A stretch of DNA of 64,000 bases from a virus, in IMG/VR virus record IMGVR_UViG_3300025872_000053, positions 1 to 64,000 of that record; one strand, written 5' to 3'. Both the position numbers and the translations under genes were made by a program. Under the pieces are notes generated by a model. That model made no database searches, was not told where the DNA came from, and saw only the letters and a program-made list of their open reading frames with translations. Positions 28,219-39,900 of the stretch are shown here, piece by piece (position 1 is the stretch's first letter; each line of letters starts with the position of its first letter).

Positions 28219-28943
28219 TGTCAACATTAAGAAAATTAGTTTCAGATGTACGCTCAATGCATAAGTTGTTGTCAACAGACAACCTTATCACTGATAGAGC
28301 TATTGCATCTGAAGTTAAGAATAATTCTCTTTTACTAATCAAAAGAGAAACAAACCTCAGGAAGCTTTGGGCTACTGATACTTTGTTTACCACCATTCCT
28401 TGTTTAGAAATGGTGCAAGTTCCTATTTCTGAATGTTGTGACTTTGCTGATCCTTGTACTGTCTCAAGGAGCAAGTATAAACTCCCTCGTATAGCAGAAG
28501 GTAACTATCAATACATCATCCAAGGTGTATATTCTATCAATGCTATGAGTGGAAGAGGAACTAAGTTTAAAGAAATCACAGTGAACAGATATGTTAACTT
28601 GATTAAGCTTCCAATTGTAAAAAGAGAAACCTACTACTGGATAATGAATGGATATCTATATGTTAGCAATCCACTTCTTCAGACAGTAAGAATTTCTGCT
28701 TTGTTTGAGGAAGATGTTCCTAATGAGATTATGTTTCCAGAATGTGATTGTGGAAAAGAATATACAAACGAAGAATGGTGCAAGAATCCATTGGATAAAC
28801 CATATGCTGTTCCTGGGTACTTAGAGAAGCAAGTTCTAGAACTTACTTCACAAAAATTGTTAGCAACATATTTCAGAATTAAAACAGATATGACCCAGGA
28901 TGGCGTAGATGGTCAAGCACCAAATGCTAAACCAACTAGCTAA
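28218..28943 (+). CDS. hypothetical tail-region protein (241 aa)
   Basis: ORF, overlapping start with upstream stop. Confidence 0.5.
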   Translation: MSTLRKLVSDVRSMHKLLSTDNLITDRAIASEVKNNSLLLIKRETNLRKLWATDTLFTTIPCLEMVQVPISECCDFADPCTVSRSKYKLPRIAEGNYQYIIQGVYSINAMSGRGTKFKEITVNRYVNLIKLPIVKRETYYWIMNGYLYVSNPLLQTVRISALFEEDVPNEIMFPECDCGKEYTNEEWCKNPLDKPYAVPGYLEKQVLELTSQKLLATYFRIKTDMTQDGVDGQAPNAKPTS

Positions 28944-29419
28944 TGAGAGTAAAAATAGACTGGAGAAGTTCAAGTAGAGAAAACTATAACAACTTCTGTA
29001 AGAAACATCCTGAGGTAAAGATTTCATTTGATGAGTGGAAAAACATTGTTTACACATTCAACGAGTCTTTCAAAAATTACATATTAGAAACTGGAGAGCG
29101 AGCAAAGCTCCCTTTTGGATTTGGTGAGTTTTCTATCAACAAAAAGAAGAGAAGAAAGATGAAAGGTGTTGATGGAAAAGAGTTTGTCAATCTTCCTATA
29201 GACTGGCAAAGAACTAAAGAGAAAGGAAAGGTTATTTACAACTTCAACTATCATACAGAAGGTTACTTTTTTGGATGGGTTTGGTTTAAAGAAACAGCTA
29301 GACTCAAACATACAGATCTTTGGTATTTCAAACCATCAAGAACTACCTCCAGACTTCTATCGCACTACATAAAAACCAACGACAAATATCAACATATTTA
29401 TCGTGAATGGAAAAAATAA
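28943..29419 (+). CDS. hypothetical protein (158 aa)
   Basis: ORF. Confidence 0.5.
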   Translation: MRVKIDWRSSSRENYNNFCKKHPEVKISFDEWKNIVYTFNESFKNYILETGERAKLPFGFGEFSINKKKRRKMKGVDGKEFVNLPIDWQRTKEKGKVIYNFNYHTEGYFFGWVWFKETARLKHTDLWYFKPSRTTSRLLSHYIKTNDKYQHIYREWKK

Positions 29420-29424
29420 TATAG

Positions 29425-30399
29425 ATGTCAAATTACTATAAGTATAATTTTATCAGCCCTGAACCAGTCTACTCTACTGTTAAGGAGGAACTTAAATCCT
29501 ACTTTGATACAGGAGCAGTGGATGACTTGATGTTCCCTACTTATCTAGACAAATGTCTTAGAAAGTTAGGAAGAGCAACTTATGTAATTAGCGAACAAAT
29601 CTTGTACATTGAAGACTTTGAAGCTAGGCTTCCAGACAACTTCTATGCTGCAAGAGAAGCGTGGATGTGTACAGAGATTCCTCAGGATCCTTACCAAACA
29701 CCAAACTCTTTTTATTCTCAAGCTGTTGACCAAACCACTATTCAGGTTAGTCCTGTTATTTCTGGAGGTCAACCTTGTACTAACTTAAACTGTACAAACC
29801 CTGGTTGTGATGGAACATGTATGCCTGAACTTATTCAAGCTGTGTTCAAAACAAATCAGCAAATGACAAGATCTTTCCAAAGATCATATTTGTTGAAACC
29901 AGGAACAATATCTGCAAGAGGTAATTGTGATGTTAGTTATACAGATGCTTGGGAATTTGTAAGTGCCCCTGCACCATTACACGAATTCACTCCTGGATCT
30001 GCAGGATATGATTCATTCGACATAAGAGGTAATAAATTTGTTACCAATTTTAGAAATGGTGTTGTACATCTTATATTCTATGCTACAGCATATGATGGTA
30101 ATGATAACCAAATGATTCCAGATAACTTTCGTATCAGGGAATATATTGAAGCATTCATTAAATATAAAGTTTTTGAAACTCTGGCAAATCAAATAAATGA
30201 TGAAACGTTTGATCAAATCCAAAAGAAGTTAGGTTACTATAAAAACCTTTCTGACGAAGCTTTCATAATGGCAGACATCGAGATCAAGAAACAAGATGCC
30301 TGGACTAAGCAACGCAGAATTAAGAATGACCTTAATAGGTTTAATATGTATGAACTTCCAAACAGAGTAGGTAGATATGGCTGGAGAAGGAACAACTAA
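29425..30399 (+). CDS. hypothetical tail-region protein (324 aa)
   Basis: ORF; 23-nt overlap with next gene. Confidence 0.5.
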   Translation: MSNYYKYNFISPEPVYSTVKEELKSYFDTGAVDDLMFPTYLDKCLRKLGRATYVISEQILYIEDFEARLPDNFYAAREAWMCTEIPQDPYQTPNSFYSQAVDQTTIQVSPVISGGQPCTNLNCTNPGCDGTCMPELIQAVFKTNQQMTRSFQRSYLLKPGTISARGNCDVSYTDAWEFVSAPAPLHEFTPGSAGYDSFDIRGNKFVTNFRNGVVHLIFYATAYDGNDNQMIPDNFRIREYIEAFIKYKVFETLANQINDETFDQIQKKLGYYKNLSDEAFIMADIEIKKQDAWTKQRRIKNDLNRFNMYELPNRVGRYGWRRNN

Positions 30400-33300
30400 T
30401 ATAATTCAGGAGAGAACTGCTGCTCAAACAGGGTTGAACCTTGACAGAACTGTTAATCAGATTCCTAAAGGTCAATTAACCTATGCATTGAATGCTGCTG
30501 TTGAAAACTTTGACTCAAACTCTGTTAACTATCAGAATGAGCCAGGTAACGAGCTATGTCTAAACTTTCCTGAAGACTATCATCTTATAGGCACACACTT
30601 CATTAATGAACAGGCTAAACATATATTCTTCCTTACTAACCCTTCTACAGGAGATAGTGAGATTGGTTATATGGATAATAATGATTGTGTCTACCGTAAA
30701 TATATAAGTGGTAAATGTCTTAACTTTAATATTGACTATCCGATACACAAAGCTGTACATAAGATTACAAACTGTACAACAGAAATATATTGGACAGATG
30801 GTTTGAATCCACGTAGGTTCCTTGACCTAAACAACCTTCCTTACATCACTTCTCCAGGACTCACAGGTTGTGATCCTATTGTTACACCTGAACTTGATTG
30901 TAACAAACTCAAGGTTCAACCAAATTTTAATATTCCTCAAATAAACATAACTGGTGTAAACAATACAGGAAACCTAGTAGCAGGTACCTACCAGTTTGCT
31001 ATTCAATATAGTGATGCTTCAGGAGATCCCTACACATCCTATTACTCAGTGACTAACCCCACTTCTATAGGAAATGTTGATATTACCACTCCTGATTTCA
31101 ATTATTCTGTAGGACAGGCTATTGAATTAGCAATTAACAATCTAGATGTCACTGGATATTTCCAGTATTTTAATATAGCTGTAATAAAGACAGTTAATGC
31201 AATCTCCTCAGTGGAGCTTGTTGGAACATACTATATTGACCAAGCATCTAGAGATATAACATACACTGGTCAGAATCAAACTCAAATAAGACTTACACTT
31301 AATGATGTATTTGAGAAGTTTCCATATTATGATATTGCACAAGATCTTACATCTGTTCAGGATGTATTAGTTTGGGATAATCTTACATCAATAGATAGAG
31401 TTAACTATCAGAAGATAGCTAACGGCATAACATTAAACTGGCAGACTTATAAGCTTCCTGCAGATGAAAACTATGCAGACAATGCAAACTCTGCTAATCT
31501 AAGAGGTTATCTTCGTGATGAGGTGTATGCTTTTGAAATAGTGTTTCTACTAGGAAACGGTAAACAAACTGATGGTTTTCATATTCCTGGTAGAGCAAAG
31601 AACTTTAATGAGTTTTCTCAACCAGATGTTCCAAATACCAATCCTGATTTTGTTGGGGATGGTACAAGTGCTCCATATTGGAAGATATATAACACAGCTT
31701 CTGTATTAGGAGTTGGTGCAGGAGAACCAATTGGTAATGCAACACCATATCAATATGGTGAATTTGCATATTGGGAATCAACAGAAACATATCCTTGTAA
31801 TGAAGAAGTGTGGGGAGACTTAGCTAATCAACCAATTAGACATCATAAGTTTCCTGATGTATTAGTTAGTCCAATATTTGAAAGTGGTACACCTACAATT
31901 GAATATGATGGAACATACAGTGGATTAACTATTGAAAATAGATCAGTGTTTCCAATAGGTGTTAGATTTGATGCTAATCAAATAAAACAACTAATCGAAT
32001 TCTCTGGTCTTACAGATGAACAAAAGAGCAACATTGTTGGGTTCAAGATTGTAAGAGGAAACAGAAACACAAATAAATCTGTCGTAGCAAAAGGTATATT
32101 GAGAAATGTGGGTGAGTATGAAAGAGAAGGAAATACATTCTACTTTCCTAACTATCCATATAATGACCTTAGGGTTGACCCTTTCCTTTTGAAAGAAAAC
32201 AATGCATACGATGCTGTATGTAGGGAGTATAAAATCACTGTAACTAATGTTGCTGGTACAACAATTAGCTACTATAATTGTGATACAAATGAATTAAGTA
32301 CAGAGGTGGTAGCTTCTGCAACCACTGTTAATCTTTGTTCTACAACTTTCCCTACTCTATCAGCTCCTTCTGATGGTACAATAGAAGCTACAGACTATGG
32401 TGTTTGGAGACTTTGTTCTAAAGTTGCTGGTTTATTCACAGGAAATACATTTGAATATCTTCCTCCAGATCAAGCTGCACCAACTACAGCTTTTGTACCT
32501 TCTGGTATAACTTCTCCATTTTGCGTAGTTGTAAACTCTGTAACCAAACCAATATTTGTAAGTGGAACTGGAAGGTTTGAAATTACACTTCTACAAGAAA
32601 TAAAGAATGGTGTTTTAAATTGCACAGTTAGTGATGATAACTTGGATGCATTCAACAACACCAACTCTCCATACAGATATGTATTCAACTCACCAGACAC
32701 ATCGTTTGGTAGTCCTTTCTTAGGAAATGTTTTGAAACTTGAGAATGCAATCTATGGAAGAGGTAATGCACATTTTGTACAAGTTAGTAAGAATGCAAAT
32801 TATAAACTCATCACTATAGAAGCTCAAGAGGATGCTCTTGCATCTAGTGAAGAGATAGCAGATACTACAACTCCTTTTGATGTACCAGCAATGTTTGCTG
32901 CATATCAATCCTATCTGACTATTTATATCAATGGTATAACTAGAAAGAACTATGCTAAGTCTTACAACTCTATAGCAGAGTATGACTATTCTATAGCAAT
33001 TAATAATGATTTAGGTGTTAAGCAAAGACAAATTGATATAGCTCAATACTTAATTCCTGGTGTTCAGAATGTTGGAGATAACTTAAACATTAATAACTTT
33101 AACAGAGAATCCTCTGTATACATAAAGACAATAGACACTAGAGATGGAAACTCTGTCTCAAGCTTACCTTATCCTGATAATACACCAAACGCATTAATAG
33201 GAGGAACCACTCCTGTTATTCAGGATAAATCAAGATATACATTATCTGAAATAGGAAACTGTCTAAATCCAGAAAAAGAATTTGAAATATCCACTATAAC

Positions 33301-35494
33301 TTATTATGGATCAATTAAGAATATATTTGACAACCAATGGGGTCAGATTTATTCTTATGAAACAATTGACACTGGTTGTCAAGTGATATTCAATTCTGTA
33401 ACATCTAGAATCATTACAGCTTTTGGAGGAGATACATTTATTAACAAGTTCTCTTTCAAAACAAAACTTCCATTCTTTATAGATAATAGAGTGGGTGCTC
33501 CTGATGATAGTGATGTGTTCTATGATGAGATAGGTAATGTAGCCTATCCAAAATATTGGCACTCAGCTAGATCAATTCTTTATAACTACACAACAGTCTT
33601 AACTTCACCTGCTGTCACATTAAAAAATATCATATCAATCAAAGCTCACAACTTTGATTGTCCAAATGCTCAGATAGAAGGATCTCCTGGAAGAACTTAT
33701 TATGATGGAAGCTTCTACCTATTTGCTTATGGTATTCCTACATTCTATTGTGAATCAAATGTTAACGTAGATTTACGCCAAGCATTTAATAATAGAGAAG
33801 GTGATTTCTTCCCACACGTGAGTACAGGTATTCCTGATCAGTGGGTACAAGAAAGTAATGTTCCTATTGCGTTTGACAATACGTACTATTATAACCCAAC
33901 ATATTCTAAACAGAATACAGAGAATTCGTTCACACATCTTCCTGTAAACTGGGACAACAACCAATGTTATACAAACTTCCCATTCAGGGCTATCTATTCT
34001 GATAGACAGCAGAGCTTTGTTGATAATGAAGTGAACAACTGGTTGATATACAGACCTATAAGCTTCTTTGATTTCCCACAGAACTATGGAAAGCTTACAA
34101 GCTTAGACGGTATTCAGAATAGAGCAATCCTTGCTAGGTTTGAGAATAAATCATTGTTATACAATACGTTGTTGACAATTGATACAAGCAATCCTCAAGC
34201 AGCTTATGTAGGAAATGACTCACTATTTAGAAGTGCACCTCCAATAGACTTTGCAGAAACAGACTTGGGATATGTAGGAAGTCAGCACAAGATGCTTCTA
34301 AAAATACCACAAGGACAGGTTACTGTAGATGCTAAGAGAGGTCAGGTGTTCTTGATTGCTGGTAATCAAGCTACAGATTTGTCAGGCTTTGGTTCAGGAT
34401 TGAATAGGTTCTTTACAGATCATTTAGCATTTGAAATACTTAGATATTTCCCTAATGTTCCTGTAGACAATCATTTCAATGCTATAGGTTTACATGGTGT
34501 ATACGATAGTAAGTTTGATAGAGTTATTATCACCAAGCTTGATTATATTCCTTTGAGAAATGACATCAAGTATGATGCTACAACTAACGAGTTTTATTTT
34601 GAGACTGAGTATGTAATGCCTAGTGAGACTTTGTATTACAGTGTGGTTCGTACTGTTGTTGATTTGACAGATACTAACTATTTCTGCAACAAGTCTTGGT
34701 CACTATCATTCAACTTCAATACAATGAGTTGGATAAGTTTCCATAGCTATATTCCTAACTTCTACATTGCTGAAAATAACTTCTTCTATTCTGGATTGAA
34801 TGGTAGCTGTGATGTAGAAGCACTTGCTGCTGAGATTGTACCAACAACTACAACAACTACAACACTTGCTCCAACAACAACCACTACAACTACATTACCG
34901 CCTCCTAATTGTGCTCTAGCAGGAACAATAGAATTGTTGAACTGTGAACTAGTTGGTACAGCAGAACGTATCAGTCCTTTGAATTGTGACTTGGCAGGAA
35001 CTGCAGAAGCAATATATCCTACTACTACCACAACAACTACTACAGTGTTAGATTGTGCATTAGGTGGAACAGCTGAGGCTATTGCTCCAGAACCTACAAC
35101 TACCACTACCACTACAACGTTACCTCCTGAGTTTTTCTTTTTAGCATTTACTCCTGAGGGAACTGCTCAAAGATGTTCTGATTTAGGTGAGGGTTGTACA
35201 AGTTGTGGACCTTACTATGGAGCACCTGGTTCTACTTTATCTGAAGGACTTGCTTTGTATCAAGATGAAACATTGACAACTCCTGCAGCAAATGGTTATT
35301 ATAATGACTGCTGTAATTATTGGGTTTGTACTGGAGGCGTGTTTGGTAGTGGAGGAACTTGCGATTGTTATTTTGAAGGAACTGCTGAGAAGATAGAACC
35401 TACAACAACAACCACAACTACAACAGTTCTTGATTGTGATCTGGCTGGTAATGCTGAACAAACTAACCCTCCACCACCTCCTCCTACACCTTAA
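30377..35494 (+). CDS. large tail/host-recognition protein (1705 aa) with C-terminal poly-Thr linker array and Cys-rich terminal module
   Basis: C-terminus: four T7-8 linkers alternating with 'LDC(A/D)L(A/G)G(T/N)AE' peptides, 9-Cys module, ends PPPPPPTP. Confidence 0.55.
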   Translation: MAGEGTTNIIQERTAAQTGLNLDRTVNQIPKGQLTYALNAAVENFDSNSVNYQNEPGNELCLNFPEDYHLIGTHFINEQAKHIFFLTNPSTGDSEIGYMDNNDCVYRKYISGKCLNFNIDYPIHKAVHKITNCTTEIYWTDGLNPRRFLDLNNLPYITSPGLTGCDPIVTPELDCNKLKVQPNFNIPQINITGVNNTGNLVAGTYQFAIQYSDASGDPYTSYYSVTNPTSIGNVDITTPDFNYSVGQAIELAINNLDVTGYFQYFNIAVIKTVNAISSVELVGTYYIDQASRDITYTGQNQTQIRLTLNDVFEKFPYYDIAQDLTSVQDVLVWDNLTSIDRVNYQKIANGITLNWQTYKLPADENYADNANSANLRGYLRDEVYAFEIVFLLGNGKQTDGFHIPGRAKNFNEFSQPDVPNTNPDFVGDGTSAPYWKIYNTASVLGVGAGEPIGNATPYQYGEFAYWESTETYPCNEEVWGDLANQPIRHHKFPDVLVSPIFESGTPTIEYDGTYSGLTIENRSVFPIGVRFDANQIKQLIEFSGLTDEQKSNIVGFKIVRGNRNTNKSVVAKGILRNVGEYEREGNTFYFPNYPYNDLRVDPFLLKENNAYDAVCREYKITVTNVAGTTISYYNCDTNELSTEVVASATTVNLCSTTFPTLSAPSDGTIEATDYGVWRLCSKVAGLFTGNTFEYLPPDQAAPTTAFVPSGITSPFCVVVNSVTKPIFVSGTGRFEITLLQEIKNGVLNCTVSDDNLDAFNNTNSPYRYVFNSPDTSFGSPFLGNVLKLENAIYGRGNAHFVQVSKNANYKLITIEAQEDALASSEEIADTTTPFDVPAMFAAYQSYLTIYINGITRKNYAKSYNSIAEYDYSIAINNDLGVKQRQIDIAQYLIPGVQNVGDNLNINNFNRESSVYIKTIDTRDGNSVSSLPYPDNTPNALIGGTTPVIQDKSRYTLSEIGNCLNPEKEFEISTITYYGSIKNIFDNQWGQIYSYETIDTGCQVIFNSVTSRIITAFGGDTFINKFSFKTKLPFFIDNRVGAPDDSDVFYDEIGNVAYPKYWHSARSILYNYTTVLTSPAVTLKNIISIKAHNFDCPNAQIEGSPGRTYYDGSFYLFAYGIPTFYCESNVNVDLRQAFNNREGDFFPHVSTGIPDQWVQESNVPIAFDNTYYYNPTYSKQNTENSFTHLPVNWDNNQCYTNFPFRAIYSDRQQSFVDNEVNNWLIYRPISFFDFPQNYGKLTSLDGIQNRAILARFENKSLLYNTLLTIDTSNPQAAYVGNDSLFRSAPPIDFAETDLGYVGSQHKMLLKIPQGQVTVDAKRGQVFLIAGNQATDLSGFGSGLNRFFTDHLAFEILRYFPNVPVDNHFNAIGLHGVYDSKFDRVIITKLDYIPLRNDIKYDATTNEFYFETEYVMPSETLYYSVVRTVVDLTDTNYFCNKSWSLSFNFNTMSWISFHSYIPNFYIAENNFFYSGLNGSCDVEALAAEIVPTTTTTTTLAPTTTTTTTLPPPNCALAGTIELLNCELVGTAERISPLNCDLAGTAEAIYPTTTTTTTTVLDCALGGTAEAIAPEPTTTTTTTTLPPEFFFLAFTPEGTAQRCSDLGEGCTSCGPYYGAPGSTLSEGLALYQDETLTTPAANGYYNDCCNYWVCTGGVFGSGGTCDCYFEGTAEKIEPTTTTTTTTVLDCDLAGNAEQTNPPPPPPTP

Positions 35495-35523
35495 TAACAT
35501 TTTTAAAATATAAAATAAAAACT

Positions 35524-36027
35524 ATGGCACAAACAGTATTGATAACACTAACAACTGCAGGAGCTGATACAGGACCCTTTGACTTGTATTCAGATGCTGA
35601 TAGTTATGTTACACCATTTGAAAATAATGTACCGAAAGCATCATTAGTTTCAGGATATACATCAACAGTAGTTCCTGATCTTGCTACAATTATTAGAGTG
35701 CAATCTGATGGTACTTGTACTAATTACATTGATCTAACTATTGTTACAACCACTACTACAACCACAACAGCAGCACCTGTTTATGCATTCTCAGGATCTG
35801 GATATAGCAATGTAGATGAAAATGCTGCTTGTTCTGATGCAATCTTGAATAACAGAACACTAACTTCTGACTGTGCAGTGATTGCTCCAGGTTGTGTAAT
35901 ATTTACAAATCCTTTGGGAACTAATCCGCTTCTTGGTAACTCCTATGTATTGATAGGTGGTGCAGGAAACTTTGATTTAGATCCTCTAACTGGTGTTGTA
36001 TTAGGTGCTTCAGCAATTCAATGTTAA
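35524..36027 (+). CDS. small virion protein with internal T8 linker (167 aa)
   Basis: N-terminus paralogous to next gene (MAQTVLITLTTAG.. vs MAKTIVIRLTKSG..); 'TTTTTTTTAAP'. Confidence 0.5.
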   Translation: MAQTVLITLTTAGADTGPFDLYSDADSYVTPFENNVPKASLVSGYTSTVVPDLATIIRVQSDGTCTNYIDLTIVTTTTTTTTAAPVYAFSGSGYSNVDENAACSDAILNNRTLTSDCAVIAPGCVIFTNPLGTNPLLGNSYVLIGGAGNFDLDPLTGVVLGASAIQC

Positions 36028-36033
36028 TAATAA

Positions 36034-36906
36034 ATGGCTAAAACAATTGTCATAAGGCTAACTAAGTCTGGCAGCAGAACAAGTACATTCTCCATTTCTG
36101 ACGATTTGGGGAATGTGCTTGCATCTGATGTTCCAAAGGAGGAACTTATCACTGGGTTAGCACTCAGTGTTGCAGATTCTGTGAAGGTGGTTATATTGTC
36201 TTCTACAGGAATAAACTGTTGTAATAAACGATGGAACATTCCTGTAACAACAATTACCACACCAGAACTTGCTGCTATTAACTATCAACAAGTTAATACA
36301 GCATCTATTTGGACACATCTGAAGAATCCTGTGATATACAATACGTTCTATGGATGTATCAACCCATACATCATAGAATATCCTTTTGCATATCAATACT
36401 ATGATGAGATTCTTCAGAATGTAAAAGACTATACAAAAGCCTACAAGTATCTACCTGATCAGTTTGGTGTGTTTGATGATAGTAGAAAGGTAGAAACAGA
36501 CAATCAGTATTTCAACAAAGCTATTCTTTATAACGGTCAGCAGTGTTCTGGTATATTGGAACTTGTTCCAAAACCAATGAATAACCTAAAGGAATACATG
36601 AAATATCCTATATATAATGCTGAGAGTAAGACAATTACATTCACTAAGAGTGATAACTTCTATCAGTATAATACATTCTGGTCGTTAGTTAAAAATAAAT
36701 CCATACCTTTGTTTACTGTTAGTTGTGAATCACTATCAATAGACAAAATTGTAAACCAGTCTAATATGGACTACGGAAAGAGATCCTTTAAGAAGGAACC
36801 TCTAAGAGCAAAAGAACTGAAGGTGAGACATATATTAGACAACAAGTCTGACGCACATTTGGTAAGTCAGTTTATCTTTACACCTGCTCAAATCTCTTAC
36901 AAATAA
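36034..36906 (+). CDS. hypothetical virion protein (290 aa)
   Basis: N-terminal domain paralogous to 35524 gene. Confidence 0.5.
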   Translation: MAKTIVIRLTKSGSRTSTFSISDDLGNVLASDVPKEELITGLALSVADSVKVVILSSTGINCCNKRWNIPVTTITTPELAAINYQQVNTASIWTHLKNPVIYNTFYGCINPYIIEYPFAYQYYDEILQNVKDYTKAYKYLPDQFGVFDDSRKVETDNQYFNKAILYNGQQCSGILELVPKPMNNLKEYMKYPIYNAESKTITFTKSDNFYQYNTFWSLVKNKSIPLFTVSCESLSIDKIVNQSNMDYGKRSFKKEPLRAKELKVRHILDNKSDAHLVSQFIFTPAQISYK

Positions 36907-39900
36907 TGGCTAAGAAACTCACATCCACAAAAGCTAAGAAAATCCTTCATGACAAAACTGTTCATGGGAAACCTCTTACAGATAAACAACGTAGGTTCTT
37001 TGGAGCTATTGCTAGTGGTGCAATTCCACAAGCACAGAATGGTATTGAAGGAACAATGGGTGGATTGACAGACATTGGATTCAATTACAATGGTGCATGG
37101 GGTGGAACAATGCAAGATGGTGGATTAACATTTCTTGAACCTACAAGTAGAAAGTTACCAAAAGGATATGTTATTCCATACAACACTCCTAGTACAGAGT
37201 TAGCAATGTCTATAGGTGGAGTGGGTAATGAACCAGCTTATTTGATTCCCTCATTTAAGTATGGTAGACTTTTAGAAGATCCTGTAGCTGAGTTTAGAAA
37301 AACAGGAGAACATCTTGGTGGTCCATTTAAAACATATCAAGAAGCTGATGAGTGGGAAAGAACAGTGAGACATCCTTATGTTGAGAAGGGTCAGTCTATT
37401 CCTACTCCTTTAAAGAGATGGGGAAAAGATTTTGCAATGGGTGGTGGTATTCCTGGTGCTGTAGGATTCACGTACGCACGTACAGCTGGTGCTGCTCCTG
37501 CTAATGGTCCTTATGCTAAGAAGACAAAGGCTAGTGCACAAGATGGAAAGAACGTAGAATATATGGAACTTCCTGAAATAACAGTGGTAGGTTCAAAAGA
37601 TAAAGGTACTAGAGACTTCTACAATAACTTAATAGATACATTTTCAAAAGGAAGAAACACAAATAATCCTTTTGTAAATCAGCAAGTGATGGGTAATTAT
37701 TTAGGAGTAATGAATCTTGGTAAAGAGTATGGATTTCCTAAAGTGAAGCCTGAAACAAAATCAGGTATATATAAAAATGCAAAAGGACATTATAATCCTC
37801 TTACAAAAACTATATATGCTAACAATCCTGATACATGGCTTTCAGAAATGGCTCACCATGTACAAATGAAAGATAATGTAGTTGGTAAAGGAGTTCAGTG
37901 GTTAACAAATGATTTACCAGCTTATTTAGAAAAACCTATGATGGAACTTAGGAATGCGTTTAAATATGGAATAAATGCAACTCCGCTTGACTATTCTGAA
38001 GATGATTTTTTTGAGTGGTCTCAATCAACACCATATTCAAAAAAAGGAACTGTAGAACATGAAGCTCATAGTGTAATTGAACCTATGCTAAAAGAGAAAA
38101 TTAAAAACGCTCGTAAAGATTATAAAAATAGTCCTGTTTCAGAAGCTAGTAAAAAAAGATTTCGTTATGAAAAAAGAAATCTACAGAACGGTGGTGAAAT
38201 GAAATACTACCAAGAAGGATTAGATTTCAAACCTAAGACAATCAGTCAAGATGGTTCTATTCTCACTCCTTATGGACAATGGGAATACCCTGGTGAGATA
38301 ACAACCATCCCATCTAACGAAATAACAATGCAAGGTGTTCCTTATCCTGTTCTCGGTATATCAGATATAGGAGATGTGCAAATGATGTATCCTGGACAGG
38401 ATTACACATTTGATGGTAAAAGCGTGACAGAATATCCTATGATGCAGGGAGGTGGTTCACTTCCTACAAGAGGCGATAGTTTAAGAGTGTACAATGCTCA
38501 ACTTGCACTTAATAATTTTTACAATAAGGAAGTTAAGGCTGGTAGATTGAAAAAAAGCACTCAGCTACCTTTTGATGTATATCCAAAGATTTTTGATAAT
38601 GAATTAACTTCTAGAAACCTAGAGTTCTATCGTGAAACGATATCAGACAGAAAAAGAAGAGATCAACGTGGTGGTGGATATTTTGATGACCAGTATAAAA
38701 AGTATTTTAACCTAACTCCTGAACAAGTTAAAAAGTTAGAAAATCAAGGACTTGGTATAACTAAAAGTAGCACTCCAAATGTAGAGTATTATAGAGATCT
38801 AATAACACCTATGCAAAATTTAGCATCTCCTTTTGCAGTGTTTGATAAACGTATAAAACCGCAAAGAGTAATTGGATATTCTCCTGCTTCTGGTGATGTA
38901 GGAGATTATCCAGGAGGAGAGGTGAGTGTCTATGACTATGACCCTCTTGCTGTAAAACCTTATGACTTAAGAACTCCCCAAGAAAAAATTGAATGGGAGA
39001 AACGATATGGAAAACCTAAAAAAGAAAAACCAGATCAATTTGGTTTAACAAAAGAAGACTATATAACAGCACGTAAGAGTAAGTTTGTACCAACACCAGG
39101 TAATAAGAAGGGTGATGGTTATTATGAATTGAAAAAAGACGGAAAGCCTTATAAAATTTATACATCATCTGGTGGAAACAGTTGGGTGGATGTACCTAGT
39201 AAACCTGCACCAGTTAAGAAAACTGAACAACCTAAACTACAACCATTAGAACCTATTAAGAAAATAGAACAACCTAAACCTGTTGAAAAGAAACAGAATG
39301 TATACGAAGGAACTCCTGTATACTCTGCAACAGTTGGATCTGGTGGACCAAGTGCTCTTGTAGGATTTGCTAATCAGAAAGGTGATACAACATTCATCAA
39401 ACCTGAAGACTATGAAAGGTTTGGTGTTCCTAAATATGGTAGGGAGTATATAGAAAAAGCAACTAATAAGTTTAGAGATGGTGGCATTAGTGTAAATGAA
39501 GCTGATGCACAACCAATAAAGAAATTAGACCAACTACTCAATTTTACAAATTATAACGACATGGCAAAAGCTAAAAAGGGTAAGAAATTACCAAAAGCTC
39601 AATTTGGAATTCCTAGTGAGTACAATTTAAACTTGGCTCAGTATGATCCAAAGACTCAGATGTTTAATTCTCCAACTGGTAGAATAAGCATGTATGACAC
39701 TACGAGCCTAGGATTTACAAACACTGGTTCAAAGATGGGAGCTTTTACTAATATCAATGATGTCAACAATGCTCTTGGTGATATGGGAGGAATTGGAGGA
39801 GCATCTACACAAATATTAGGCGGAGTGCAACAATTGTTGGAAGAAAGAAAACAAAGGCAGAAAACCAAACAGTTTGCTGCACTTAGTGATGTTGCTGTAC

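Noticed and set aside
34786-35112. Minus-strand ORF rich in VVVVV over the 1705-aa gene
   Set aside because: Reverse complement of ACN (Thr) codon runs gives GTN (Val) runs; artefact of poly-Thr linkers.
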